This document shows positions 11,075 through 22,599 of a DNA stretch of 64,000 nucleotides, in pieces. The stretch is from Podarcis filfolensis (taxonomy: Eukaryota). The translations under genes and the position numbers were made by a program. Under the pieces are notes generated by a model, which made no database searches, was not told where the DNA came from, and saw nothing but the letters and a program-made list of their open reading frames with translations. The stretch lies in NCBI GenBank assembly GCA_964270895.1, contig OZ185437.1. One strand, given 5' to 3'. The stretch's first letter is position 1. The number at the start of each line of letters is the position of its first letter.

Positions 11075-11210
11075 CAGGCGTAGGCAAACTCGGCCCTCCA
11101 GATGTTTTGGGACTACAACTCCCATCATCCCTGACCGCTGGTCCTGTTAGCTAGGGGTGATGGGAGTTGTAGTCCCAAAACATCTGGAGGGCCGAGTTTG
11201 CCTATGCCTG
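11075..11210. mobile_element. Palindromic hAT MITE
   Basis: About 57-bp inverted arms with 2 mismatches (CAGGCGTAGGCAAACTCGGCCCTCCAGATGTTTTGGGACTACAACTCCCATCA...); perfect 8-bp TSD GTTTATGA (11067-11074, 11211-11218). Confidence 0.92.
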
Positions 11211-12374
11211 GTTTATGAGCAGCGCTGTGCCACTTTATTTGGGCATGAAGCTTGAGCCTTGAATGGTAGAAACGTTTTGGGTTGGTTGTTTTCTCTTTTT
11301 AAAAAACGTGAAATTCAGCAAGTTAAGTACCCCCCCCCATTACAGCATCTTCACGCTGCATCTAACTTTGCTGTCCAAAGCTCAGTTTCTATGTTTACAG
11401 AATGCTTCATGATTTTGAGAAGCAGCCTATACAAGTGAAACAGAAGAGGGGATTTCAGAAGGTGCGCATGCCCCCCCTCCCGCCTTAGAAGCTGCAATGG
11501 CAGAACTTCCTTTTTCTATATAACTGTTAAAGGTCCAGGATATACATCATTCTGTGTGCAATAAATAAACACAGAATCAGAGGGCAAGAATTGTTGGTGT
11601 TAAATACGTTGTGATGTACTTTATTCTTTTTAACTAGCTTGTTATTATTTTGTCATTTATAATTGATGTTTTCAAATGTTCTAAGTTTCCTTGAGAAATG
11701 TGGGATATTTAATTAATTAATTGATTAATAAGGAAGGCTGCCAACTGGCTAGTAGAAATCTGGCCTATGCTGGACCTTTAACAGTATCTTTAAAATTCAG
11801 TTATCAGCTGGCCAAAGGTGAAGCTTTATACAACATGAAGATAAACAGTATTACCCAGTTATGTTTACACATCAAGCTGATCTTAAAAGTTATCGCTACA
11901 ATGGTCATTTGAAGAGTTGGCAAGCCTATGCGAAATACACTTTGTTGCTGACTTCTGTAATTTCTTAGTGTTTTGGGATTAAACCTTGGGGGTGTCTTCT
12001 TAGCTGAAGATTCTCCAACCAATCATTAACTCCTGGTTTTTGTTTGTTATTGAGCATGGGTTCAGATCAATTAGCTACTTAACTGCTGCACCATTGATTT
12101 CAACTTGCTTTCTATATGCACAGGGCCTGAAGCACATAACTGAGAGTCTGAATACACAATTTTCTTTGGGATAGGGGGTATTGACATCATCCTGTTATCT
12201 CCTTTATTTTGCGTTGGTGGTAATGGCAGTTGTGGTCCTATTCTACCTGGGACTTGATAGGGTAGGCTCCCCACCCAACCTCCTAGCAGGTGGAAATTTA
12301 GTAAGTGAAACTTCCCCATCGTATCAGAAAAACTTCCCTTGCTAAATTCCAGTTGTTAAATCCACAAGAATGTG

Positions 12375-12690
12375 CCTGGAAAAAACTTCAGCTGGTGCAG
12401 AATTCAGCAGCCAGGTTGCTCACCAAGGCAAGACGGTTTGACTGCATTACCGTGATCTTGGCCTGACTGCACTGACTGCCAAATAGTTTCTGGGCCTAAT
12501 TAAAAGTGCTGGATTTGACCTATAAAGTCTTAAATGGCTCAGGACCACAATACCTCAAGGACCTCCTCTCCCCATAAGAGCCAGCTCAGACCCTGTGACA
12601 TGCATCGTCTGAGAGATCTGGAGGGCAGCAACATAAGAGAACAGGTCTTTTCTGCAATGGCTCCTCGTTTGTGTAATGCTCTCCCCAGGA
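12375..12690 (+). mobile_element. L2 LINE ORF2 C-terminal fragment
   Basis: Reads KKLQLVQNSAARLLTKARRFDCIT...LKVLDLTYKVLNGSGPQYLKDLLSP with stops; classic L2 ORF2 end. Confidence 0.85.
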
Positions 12691-13387
12691 AAACACCACC
12701 TCCAGCTCCTTAAAAGATTCCATCAACGGTGTCTCCAAAAATTTTTACATATCACTTGTAAACACTGACAATTCGGAAACACTGGCCTGCAAGCGCTCCA
12801 ATTGAAGAACAGCCCTTACCAAAGACAGGGGCAGAGGAAGGTGGGTGCAGTGCTCCCTGGGTGTCACTACTGAGGGGGGTGACAAAATGCCGGGCAGCAC
12901 TGACTGTGGGGCCTGCAGCGCACCCGAGCCACACGTCTCTCCTGGGAGTGACACGGTGGCTTGGGCACCCGCAGGTTCTGTGCTGCCCCAAATGGTCTGC
13001 CCGCTGCCTCCCCCCCAGCTGTAGGGTGGCTGAGTGGGAGGAGGCAGGCAGACTCAGGAGGCCCCGTGGTGCGCCCCGTCCCTACAGGCAGCGTGTCCCG
13101 CCTTCGCCCCCCCCGGGAGCGCCACCCCAGGCACCTGAGCGGCTTCCTCCACCACTGACCAAAGGTGTCATGGGCTTTGAAGACACTTGAACTCAGAACA
13201 AAAGGGGAAAACGTGCTAAGAGGAAGGCACACTTGGCAAACCCTCACTGTGATCAACTCCTGCCCGGAAACCTATGTCCCTACTGTGGAAGGACAAATGG
13301 ATCCAGAATTGGACTCACTGTTAAGACCATATTCACGGAAGACAATTTTACCTAGCTATGAGTGATCGCCAAAGAAGAAGAAAGAAG
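12691..13387 (+). mobile_element. RTE-clade LINE 3' fragment with (GAA)n tail, interrupted by a hAT MITE
   Basis: KHHLQLLKRFHQRCLQKFLHIT, then NTDNSETLACKRSN*RTALTK|GVMGFEDT...GNLCPYCGRTNGSRIGL (CxxC knuckle); tail CGCCAAAGAAGAAGAAAAGAAG. Confidence 0.85.
12826..13157. mobile_element. GC-rich hAT MITE inserted in the RTE
   Basis: TIRs CAGGGGCAGAGGAAG / CTTCCTCCACCACTG; 8-bp TSD ACCAAAGA / ACCAAAGG (7/8); removing it restores the RTE reading LTKGVMGFED. Confidence 0.85.
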
Positions 13388-13559
13388 ATAAGATAATGCC
13401 CAGGAGCTGAGAAAACAACATTGGACTTTATTGTCTATGCTTTGGTAACACAGTTTAAACATGCTGTTAGTGAAATTTATGCTGCTTTTACTGAATGTTT
13501 TCACCTAGATATGTAACAGAAGTCTCTAATTTGCTTGATCCTCCACTTAAAATGGCTGG

Positions 13560-14090
13560 CCATCCATTTATAAGAAAGCCACGGGAAGGCAGGGGCATTC
13601 TAAAGCTCTCACATTGATTAAATTCTCAGGACCCATTACTGTCTTTTCAGGAGCTGCAAAACAAATACAATCTGCCTAATAGTGAAAAATAGAGATATAA
13701 TCAGCTAAAACATCTCTTAACAGCATTATTTGGCCTGAGGCATATGCAGTTTCTGAGAGGCCAACTCTTATGGATGATCTATAGATATGTCTATTGCTTC
13801 CAAAAATTACAGTTCTTTTATATTGCCTCAATGGAAAGCCTCGTACGTGATTTAGGCAGAAATATGCTTTGCATAGAAAGCAGAATCAGGATTTGCCATC
13901 AAACCAGTCTAGTGGATAATCAGGCTCACAAGTCTGTAGCGACTTTCACATTTCATTGAAAGACCAGATTCATACAACAGGGTGGGGACATGAAGAAGGC
14001 ACAAGTCGCCAACAATAATGGTCAAGTTTAATTATTCTGAAAATGCCCACTGGCTGGAGATGTAGAGGTCAATCAATACTTCTGGCTGGC
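13560..14090 (+). mobile_element. Old L1 ORF2 fragment
   Basis: Frameshifted GILKLSH...LLSFQELQNKYNLPNSEK*RYNQLKHLL, later RDLG and a WRCRGQ knuckle-like motif near 14055-14070. Confidence 0.65.
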
Positions 14091-17000
14091 AGTAGCAGGA
14101 CTTAATGGAGTGGTTTAGCTACCACTTTTTCCACAGCCCACTACTCATGCTGACCAAGGCAGATTGGCAGGCGGAGGGAGGGCACCCATTTGCTGCACCA
14201 GCTCCCAGATTGGAAAACTTACAGTTTTCAAAACAGAAAAGGCTAAAGATCTTCTTGATTTAGCATTTAAAAATACAGTATCCTGTGGTAACCAATGCAG
14301 TGCAAACTCAAGGAGTGCGGCAGAGGAGTGGGGAATTAGGGGGAAACTAAGTGGGGGTGGGTTGTGTGAATAGATTCCATTCATCCCAGCTGACTCCACA
14401 TGATTTCTCCCAATCCCCCCCCCCCAAATTCCAGACCTCTGTCCTTCTTGGAGCACACCAGGGTTGCAATGGAGAAGAGAAGGCATGAGTCTTCTTCTAC
14501 CATACAGAGTGTTAACCAAGACATATATCTGAACATCTTCAGTATATGCAATGACATACAGAGTAGCTTCTCACTGTGTTTGGACTGCAACTATTGTGAT
14601 GCTTAATATGCCCAAATTTTAAAAGCAAACAAACTGGGTTTGATACATTTGCTCAATCTCCTTAAAATCAGTCTATTATTCAAGTTACTCTTCAGGGCTA
14701 TCCTTCTGTCATTTGATTTTTTGTTGTTGTTCCATTCACTTAACTGGATTGAAGGATGAAGGCAGTTTCTACAATCCTATACCAATTGTGTAAAAAAAAT
14801 TAAAATCCATGCTCTTTAATATCTTTTCTTGATTACTGCAATTTTGAAGTAAAAAAAATGAATAAACGTAAGTTTTATCATTATCTCGGACTTTTACAGA
14901 GGAAAAAGTGGCAGTTTGCTCAAAGATTAAAAAAAGAAACTCACAATGTAGCCAGGTCATTCTTTTTTTGTTCTGGACATGTTGACAACCCTACGGGGAT
15001 GGGCCCTAACACCTTCTGCTGCTGCTTCAAAACAACCAGACAAGAGTTGTGCCTATATATAATCAATCCGTTTCTTTCTTGTTTATTTTGGTTGTGATAT
15101 GATTGCTAATAGAGATACACTATAGAAAACCCTAAAGAGGGGCAGGTGAAGTGGACGACAAGAGGCACCCATCTTCCTTCCCATCTTGAGGGCTAAATTA
15201 CTGTAAAATGAGGAAAGCCACTCATATGGTTCCAATCTGTTAAGAGAGACCCTTCATCTGATTGAAATAATCGCTTTTTAAAACACACACATGCACCAGT
15301 AAGTTGGCATTCTATTCTTCTCCCTCAGATCACATCTCTCTTAGAATATCACCCTTTTAAAACACTGAAGGGAAATGGCAGGCAGAAAAGATTAATAGGC
15401 AGGACGTGATTAAATTGTGGAAACTGAGGAAGGAGAGAGAGAAGGAAACCACAGCAGTGCTTTTCTTTCTTTTCTTAGTTAATTTTAAAGGCTTTTATAA
15501 TGCAGAATCTACACAGATTTCTGTTTCTCCAAGACGCTGCTGGCAACAAAGCAATTAAGAGAGCCCAGACAGGTGCTATTACACATGACTCATGTAGAGT
15601 GGCACTGGTGACAGGACCTACATAAAACATGTCATCTTAAACACACAGGTTTGAATTGCCTGCAAATAAAAAGATACTAGTTACAACATGTGGCTTTGCT
15701 TCAGGATTTGTGTTCGGTTCCCAGCCTAGTGCCTGGGCACTAACTTAGCAGATGAATCACACACAGTTGGTTGCAAGTGTTGGTCTTTTGTTGTTTTACA
15801 ATATACCTCTCAGGCACCTGATGCACAGGAATTAGGACTCAGCTGCAATGAGCTCTGGCTAACTTAAGATAGGTAATCAGAAACAAATTGGAAAAATTAT
15901 AGTAAAAAGCTGGGGGATCTGAAATATCAGGAATGACTAAATAGTTCAATTATGTACAGCTCGAATGAGGACTTTATCACGCTGATGATTAAAAGCCAAT
16001 GAAAATTAAGTCTTACATGTTGCTTAAAAGGCGTTAATGGCAACAGTAATATTGTCAAATAATCTCAGAAATGCAGTATATGCTGCCCTGGGCTCCTTTG
16101 GATATAAATTCATAATAAAAATAATATATGGAATACACCCAGTTAGGGAAGCGCAATGTCTCCCTTGCTTGAAACATTAAATTCAAGAGCTGAAGCTTTC
16201 CTCAAATGCAGTGATATAATCCACTAAAATGGTACCATTTATGGGCTACTTTGAGAGGCGGGTGGAGCTGCTCACCTGTCAATCATCTGGTGTCATATGA
16301 CATTGGCGATTCAATTTGAACCTGTGGCTTGCAAAGGAAGAATTGGGGAGCACACATAAGAATGCTTCCAGTTTTTCCTTCCCAGCTGTGATTTGGCACT
16401 TTTTGAACATGGCAGCAGGAAAAGGTGCCAAATTCACAAAGCACTAGAACTACAAAGCACTTCTATTTGAGCTATCACACCTACCATATTTTGCCTGGAT
16501 ACTTCAACAATTCCTGTCCAGACACTGTTTGTGAGAGCCGAATACCGGTTATGTCCAGGAAATTCCGGATATATGGTAACCCTCAGATACCCTACTGTTG
16601 ATTTAGCAGATTCAATAGGCTGTTTCAGCACATCCATTCCCTACTATGCACATGTGTGGGGCTCTTCAGTCAGCACATGCTTGAGGGAGCACTACTGACA
16701 GTTGAAACACAAGCAGAAATATTGTGGAGAAATATTAGTTCCACTATCAAGAGGAGCTTTCTTTCATACAACCAAACCAGAAGTGGAAGATGTATCATTG
16801 AGTCCACCTGGGATTTGGGGGGGAAACGGCACCAACTTCTCCCAAAACTTAACCTAGGTGCAAATGAGCTCTTGGGACAAACATGGAGAATCTGTGTCCT
16901 GCTACAGCTTACTCTCTCTGAATCTTGTTGGATTTCAAAAGGTAAACAGAAACACACAAGCAGCAGAATCACAGCAGGAGCTGAAGTGGCACTGATAAAA

Positions 17001-18663
17001 CTGAACTCGTTGTGGGAATGGTTCCACTTGAAGTACATTGAATATATCCAGCTGCTACTTATAGACAGAATTCTGAGGGGATAAAATGGCACCATTTATC
17101 CATGTGATTCCATCCAAGTTTGTTGAAAGCAGTATATTTTATAAGAGACATTGACTCTCTAGTTGATGGGAACTAATACAGTAAATGAAATGTAAGAAAG
17201 GCCCATTTAAAATAAAAATACGGCTTTCTTTTTTGTGCTATATTAACACATCCTTTCAAGTTTCAACCTTTACCTGGTTATTTGAAGTGCATTGGTTTCA
17301 GTCTGGTGCTGAAGGCAGCCAACCCTAAAGGCCAGTTAGATTTCTAGAATACATATAGATTAACAGGATGGTCTCACACACCGAGTTTGGGAAGAGGGAG
17401 AGATACAGCTCATGAATCATTAGGTCAGGCAGACTTACATCGCTGTGGATCACAAATAGCAGTGGGTCAGTGCTGGTGCTCCATGATTTCAGAACTACGG
17501 GGCAGGGTAGGGAATAAGCAAGGAAATGAGGTTATTATGGGAAAGGGATGCACCAGAATACAATATTCAGAAGAGACAGCTGGATAATACTGTATGGTTC
17601 TAACAATAACTGGAACCAGGTGCAATTCAGAGCATCTCTGCCTAATCACACAAACACAAAAAGGAGAAAACCTTTCTGCTACAAAACACTCCCCCCCCCA
17701 AAAAAAAACCCCTTCTGATTTTCAAAAGGCACTCTAAGGGCTCCATCTGATCACAACCACCAGAAAGGCCACTTGCAAATGAACTGTAAAACTGTGGTCA
17801 GCTGTGATGTCACAAAGGCTCACTTGGGGTACTGAACTGTGATCTAGTCTGCAGCTATTATAGGCTTTGTACAGACCACAGCTTCACAAAGACTTGGAGA
17901 CTCTTGTATCTTACTGTCTTTTGTGGGTGTGCCTCCCATCTTAGTATCTGGTGCACTACACATTTATGAAAACTCTTTGAGCAATGTCACGGACTAGCCT
18001 AAAGTAGTTCCACAGATGTGTGGCCCGTTCTGCTGTAACAGACACACGCCCACATTCCTCTGACTGTTGTACAAAAAGCTTTAAGAAGCAACATGCTTCC
18101 TGTCCACTCCCACACCTGGAGTATAGAACTGGTAAAGTTTTTATTTTTAATTTTAATTATCCAGAGATGAGTGGTTATTCACATAAATGCTAATGTCATC
18201 ATTTTAAAAGGAAAAATGTGCATGGCTATAGTTTTTCAGGAACATTTTCTTCTTTTAATTCACAATTCTTTGGACAATATGTGCTCCTCTTTCAAATCTT
18301 AACACCACAATCTTATGCATGAATTATCATGGGTAGTTTCCAGAGTTACATGGGACTCACTTCCACAAATATGAGATTACACACACACGCACACGTTAAA
18401 CAGGCTTATCAGTCTTCTAATCAACTGACTTCAATGAGCTCCCTCTACCTTTCATTTTTACAACTATCATTCTACTCAAATAAAAACTGACTAAGAATTA
18501 GCGCTACTATAGTGATAAAACAGGTAGTAGCTACTATTTATTCACAAATGTAATTGTGGGAGAGGAGGAGTGAGAGCTCTGGAAGCTTCCTGGGGCCCTG
18601 CTGCAAATTTCTGAGAGCATAGTGAGGAAGGAAAATCCACTAGGTCTGTGAGTGGAAAATATA

Positions 18664-18909
18664 CTGTCATACCACATGTTACGTTTGCTTCAGGTTGAGC
18701 ATTTTCAGGTTGCATCCCGCGGCAACCCAGAAGTACCGGAAAGGGTTACTTCCAGGTTTTGCCGCTCGCACAGTCACGGAAAATGACATCACGCGCATGC
18801 GCAGAAGCGGAGATTCGCGACCCACGCACGCGCAGACGTGGGTTGCGTTCTGCTCATGTTGCAAACAGGCCTCCGGAACGGATCCTGTCTGCAACCAGAG
18901 GTACCACTG
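18664..18909. mobile_element. Tc1/mariner (Tigger-like) MITE, CpG-rich variant
   Basis: Right TIR GAGGTACCACTG+TA intact, left TIR degenerate (TA+CTGTCATACC); GAACGGATCC and GGCCTCCGGAAC motifs shared with the other mariner-type MITEs here. Confidence 0.7.
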
Positions 18910-19392
18910 TATATTAATAAATGGAGAACAGGGAATGACAAATTTTCCCTGCTCACCACTTATTCCCACCCCACCCCACCCCCACGTGTGGGGTTATGAT
19001 CACATAAGTAAAGTGAGTGTAAGCTGTGGATTTATTCTGTAGCGCATCCCCGGCTTAACGACTCAGGAAAGGTCTTTTTTGCTGCCTCGGTATTTCCAGC
19101 ATTACTGGAAGTATCAAATGGCTTGCATTTAAACGTCCTCACCAGGCCTGGTTTGCTTAGTCATATGTATTTCATAGTACCCTGACATGCAAAATTTTAA
19201 CAGGCCTATTTCCAACACAAAGATAAAGAGACAGAAAATGGTTCATTGGCTTTCTTTCTTTCTTTGTTCGTTTCCTAATGACTGCTGTTAAACACACATG
19301 AGCAGGGCTAGTTTGTTTCCCCCTTCAGCTGTAGTTTTTTTAGAAAATGGTCCTAATGAGCTCCCATTTCATGCAGGAGCTAGTGACAAATG

Positions 19393-19623
19393 TTTGGATT
19401 TGATATCCCGCTTTATCACTACCCTAAGGAGTCTCAAAGCGGCTAACATTCTCCTTTCCCTTCCTCCTCCACAACAAACACTCTGTGAGGTGAGTGGGGC
19501 TGAGAGACTTCAGAGAAGTGTGACTAGCCCATGGTCACCCAGCAGCTGCATGTGGAGGAGCGGAGACGCGAACTCGGTTCCCCAGATTACGAGACTACCG
19601 CTCTTAACCATTACACCACACTG
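19393..19623 (-). mobile_element. tRNA-derived CORE SINE (Squam3-like), tail-less copy
   Basis: Highly similar to 7161-7388 over its whole length. Confidence 0.85.
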
Positions 19624-20037
19624 TTCATTCACCTATTCATCTTACTTATGTGGTATTCTTATACACTGCTTTTCATCAGCAATGCAATTTACAATTAGGT
19701 TACCAGATTTTTTTCAATGAATCCGGGGACACAATCAATCAAAATTTTTTTGAAAAGAGAGGAAAAAGTTATTTAAAAAAATAAAGAATTAATATCTTCT
19801 CTTCTGTAGTCTCTTCTGTTACACGGCCTTCCTCTGGGTCCTGGCCTTTCTTGAAGCACTAGCCATGCTTCGCCCCTCCCTCCCTCCCTCCCCCCCCATC
19901 CTTGCACTGCGATCCCCTACAGGCTTACTCGGAAGTAAGCATTAGCAGAAACCCCCTCCTCCTACTGCTGCCCTGCCCGCCTGTCTGGGCATTTCCTGTG
20001 CAGGCATCGCCCGGAGGCCACCCATCCATGCCACAGT

Positions 20038-20376
20038 GTGCCCAGTCAGCGGGTCCAGGGCAGAGCCAGCGGCGAGTGGGAGGACGCGCGCTTGGGCTGG
20101 ATCAGCTCGTCTCTTGCTCGCCTCTCGTCTGCGATGGCCAACGACAAGCTGGCCAACAAGCTGAGCCACCGCTTGCAAGTCGAGAAGCACAATGGCGAAC
20201 CTGAGCAGCAGCTGCAGCCGCCCAAGCACCAGTTGGAGACTGAGACCAAGCCGACGGCCTTGGGCAGCAGCGCTGACGGCAAGCTGAGTGCCAGGTTGCA
20301 GTGGTGCACCAAGCTCAACAACCCCGCGCTGCTCTCCCCCGGCGGCACCCAGCACTGCATTTTCAGCCCCATATGA
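20038..20376 (+). pseudogene. Unidentified coding-like fragment (coiled-coil-like residues), possibly a captured or retroposed gene piece
   Basis: Open frame; from the ATG at 20134 (GCGATGG) 26 of the first 30 codons end in G/C. CpG-rich compared with the AT-rich flanks. No family recognised. Confidence 0.35.
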
Positions 20377-20409
20377 TGTGTCTTGTGCGCAACACATCAT
20401 ATGGGGACT

Positions 20410-20645
20410 ACCAGCAAGGCAAAATGGCGGGCGCCACGGCAGCGGGCAGCTCCTGAAGCCAGCCAGAGCCAACTGCGCTACCAGGCTGGCTCTGGGCTGC
20501 TGAGACTGCCGCTGCCACTCCTGCTGCCATGTTTCCTGGGGAAATTAGATGAAATCCGGGGACATTCTGGGGATGGAATTTGTCCGGGGACAAATTTGCA
20601 AATCTGGGGACTGTCCCCAGGAAACGGGGACGTCCAGTAACCCTA
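20410..20645. mobile_element. One arm of a non-autonomous DNA transposon (hAT-like), partner end missing
   Basis: Repeated GGGGACA/TGTCCCC subterminal motifs ending GGGGACGTCCAGTAACCCTA (reverse complement TAGGGTTACTGGACGTCCCC); no matching end found to the left. Confidence 0.6.
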
Positions 20646-20691
20646 CAATAAGTTATTTTTTTCATCTGCCGATAATGCATTTTGCATTCTA

Positions 20692-20906
20692 CAGTGGTAC
20701 CTCGGGTTACATACGCTTCAGCTTACAGACTCCGCTAACCCAGAAATAGTACCTCGGGTTAAGAACTTTGCTTCAGGATGAGAACAGAAATCGTGCAGCA
20801 GCAGCAGGAGGCCCCATTAGCTAAAGTGATGCTTCAGGTGAAGAACAGTTTCAGTTTAAGAACAGACCTCCGGAATGAATTAAGTACTTAACCCGAGGTA
20901 CCACTG
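20692..20906. mobile_element. Tc1/mariner (Tigger-like) MITE family 1, forward orientation
   Basis: TA-CAGTGGTACCTCGGGTTA...TAACCCGAGGTACCACTG-TA; one of 7 similar copies. Confidence 0.92.
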
Positions 20907-21094
20907 TACATACATAGGAATTCAGACAGACCCATCTCTCTACACTACAGTACAAATGGACACAAAATTGGTATCAGAATCTGCTGGTTACCTGAAAGTG
21001 GCCATATGAAAGAAACTTTAATGGCAGATTCAGGTATGAGACTGAGGAATGTCAAGAAGTTAAAATTGAGTTTAATACACAAAATGGCCTACAA

Positions 21095-21480
21095 CCTTCC
21101 CCTCAACTTTCTTTTCTTGGAATAAAGGGCATGTCTGCTCCACCATTTGCTCATAAAGAACTTTTAATGTTCCTCCTTGCAGTGGCGCATATGGAAATAG
21201 CCATGCAATGATGTACTGCTTTGGGCTTGAACACTGAAGCACATGGAGAATAGTCCTGCCTGAAAAGCTGATATGTCAAATTTGTAGGACCAAAGAGAAT
21301 TCTAAACCCCACCTATTCTATAATGTGTGGCAACCACTTTTGGATTATATCCATTGAGAAGATTGCGTGAACTGTAAGAATCTGATGTGATATTTTAAGC
21401 AACGTGATTAATGTGTTGTTTGTTATGTTATGTGTGAGGTGCAACTTGAAAATGAATACAAATATTGTTTAAAAAGAAGT
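21095..21480 (+). mobile_element. Old L1 ORF2 C-terminus and 3'UTR
   Basis: PQLSFLGI...HKELLMFLLAVAHMEIA and FYNVWQPLLDYIH*, followed by a T-rich UTR and A-rich end. Confidence 0.65.
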
Positions 21481-22599
21481 TCATGTCTATATCTATGGCT
21501 ATAAATGTAGTGGTTTTCTATCTAACTACATATATTAATTAACATAGCAAATTAAGGCCGATTGTGTTATCACTGATTACTTTTGTTGTGAATGATCACT
21601 GTGTTTATGTTGCATACTTTAAACTCAACCACTTAAGAGATTTTCTTTACAACTGGCATGCAAATTCTGTTGAATAAATGCATAATAATCTCAGCCTATA
21701 TTTTATACATTCCATAGTCATTTTACTCCAATGTTTAAAACATTTTAAAAGTTAGTATTGCTACCTATATGACTTATTAGTCACTTACTGCAAGAAATCT
21801 CTAAACAACTTATAAAAAAGTTAAGGCACAAATGTGTAGCACAAAACCGTAACAATAAATTTCAGTAACACCATTTCAATAATCCATAAACAGACCCAGC
21901 GGAACCCCCCCTCTGCAGAATATTTCATCAAATGGGCCATTATCAAGCTAATCATAATCCATTAAGTTTTAGCTTAGTGCCAGAAAGATGGTTTATGATG
22001 GTGCCAGGTGGACCCTTAAATAAATTTGTTAAAGTGGTCCTGGATTCTTCATTCTTTTAGCAGCTTCAGGTGTTTTAATGCAACATTAGTACTAATGGGG
22101 GGCCTTGCTTCTGAATAATCACTCATAGGATCACATTCTACACATATTTTAACACCTGCAAAACAGAACCTTTTCCATGTTACTCTTTTTTAAAAGAAAT
22201 GTTATAAGATCCGGTACCACAAAGCTATCACCAGCCAAAAGCTGGTTTAATAATGGGACGGGCGCTTGTAACTTTAACAGCAGCAGCACAATACAAAATT
22301 TAGGTGCAGCACGTACAAGCTGGGGGACCTCCGCCTCCACCTGGGGTTTGTTTTCTGTGTGTGGTTGTTGCCATCACGCCACTTGGTAAAGGTGCATTAA
22401 GTTCTGTTTAAGGAAAAGAGGAGAAAGCTATCTATGCTGGCTCTTCCTTTTAAATTGGGGACTATTATCAGCGCAGCCCCTACAAATGTTTACTCAGCAA
22501 GTAAATCCAACACACTTCGACCGGGTTTACTCGCGGGGAAGTGTGCATAAGCTTGCAGCCTGGCTCCTCCAACCCTCTCCCTCCAGTGCGAAGGCTGAG

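Noticed and set aside
16656-17095. Overlapping 142-aa and 141-aa ORFs on opposite strands
   Set aside because: No recognisable motif, codon bias or exon structure; a few ORFs of this length are expected by chance in 64 kb.
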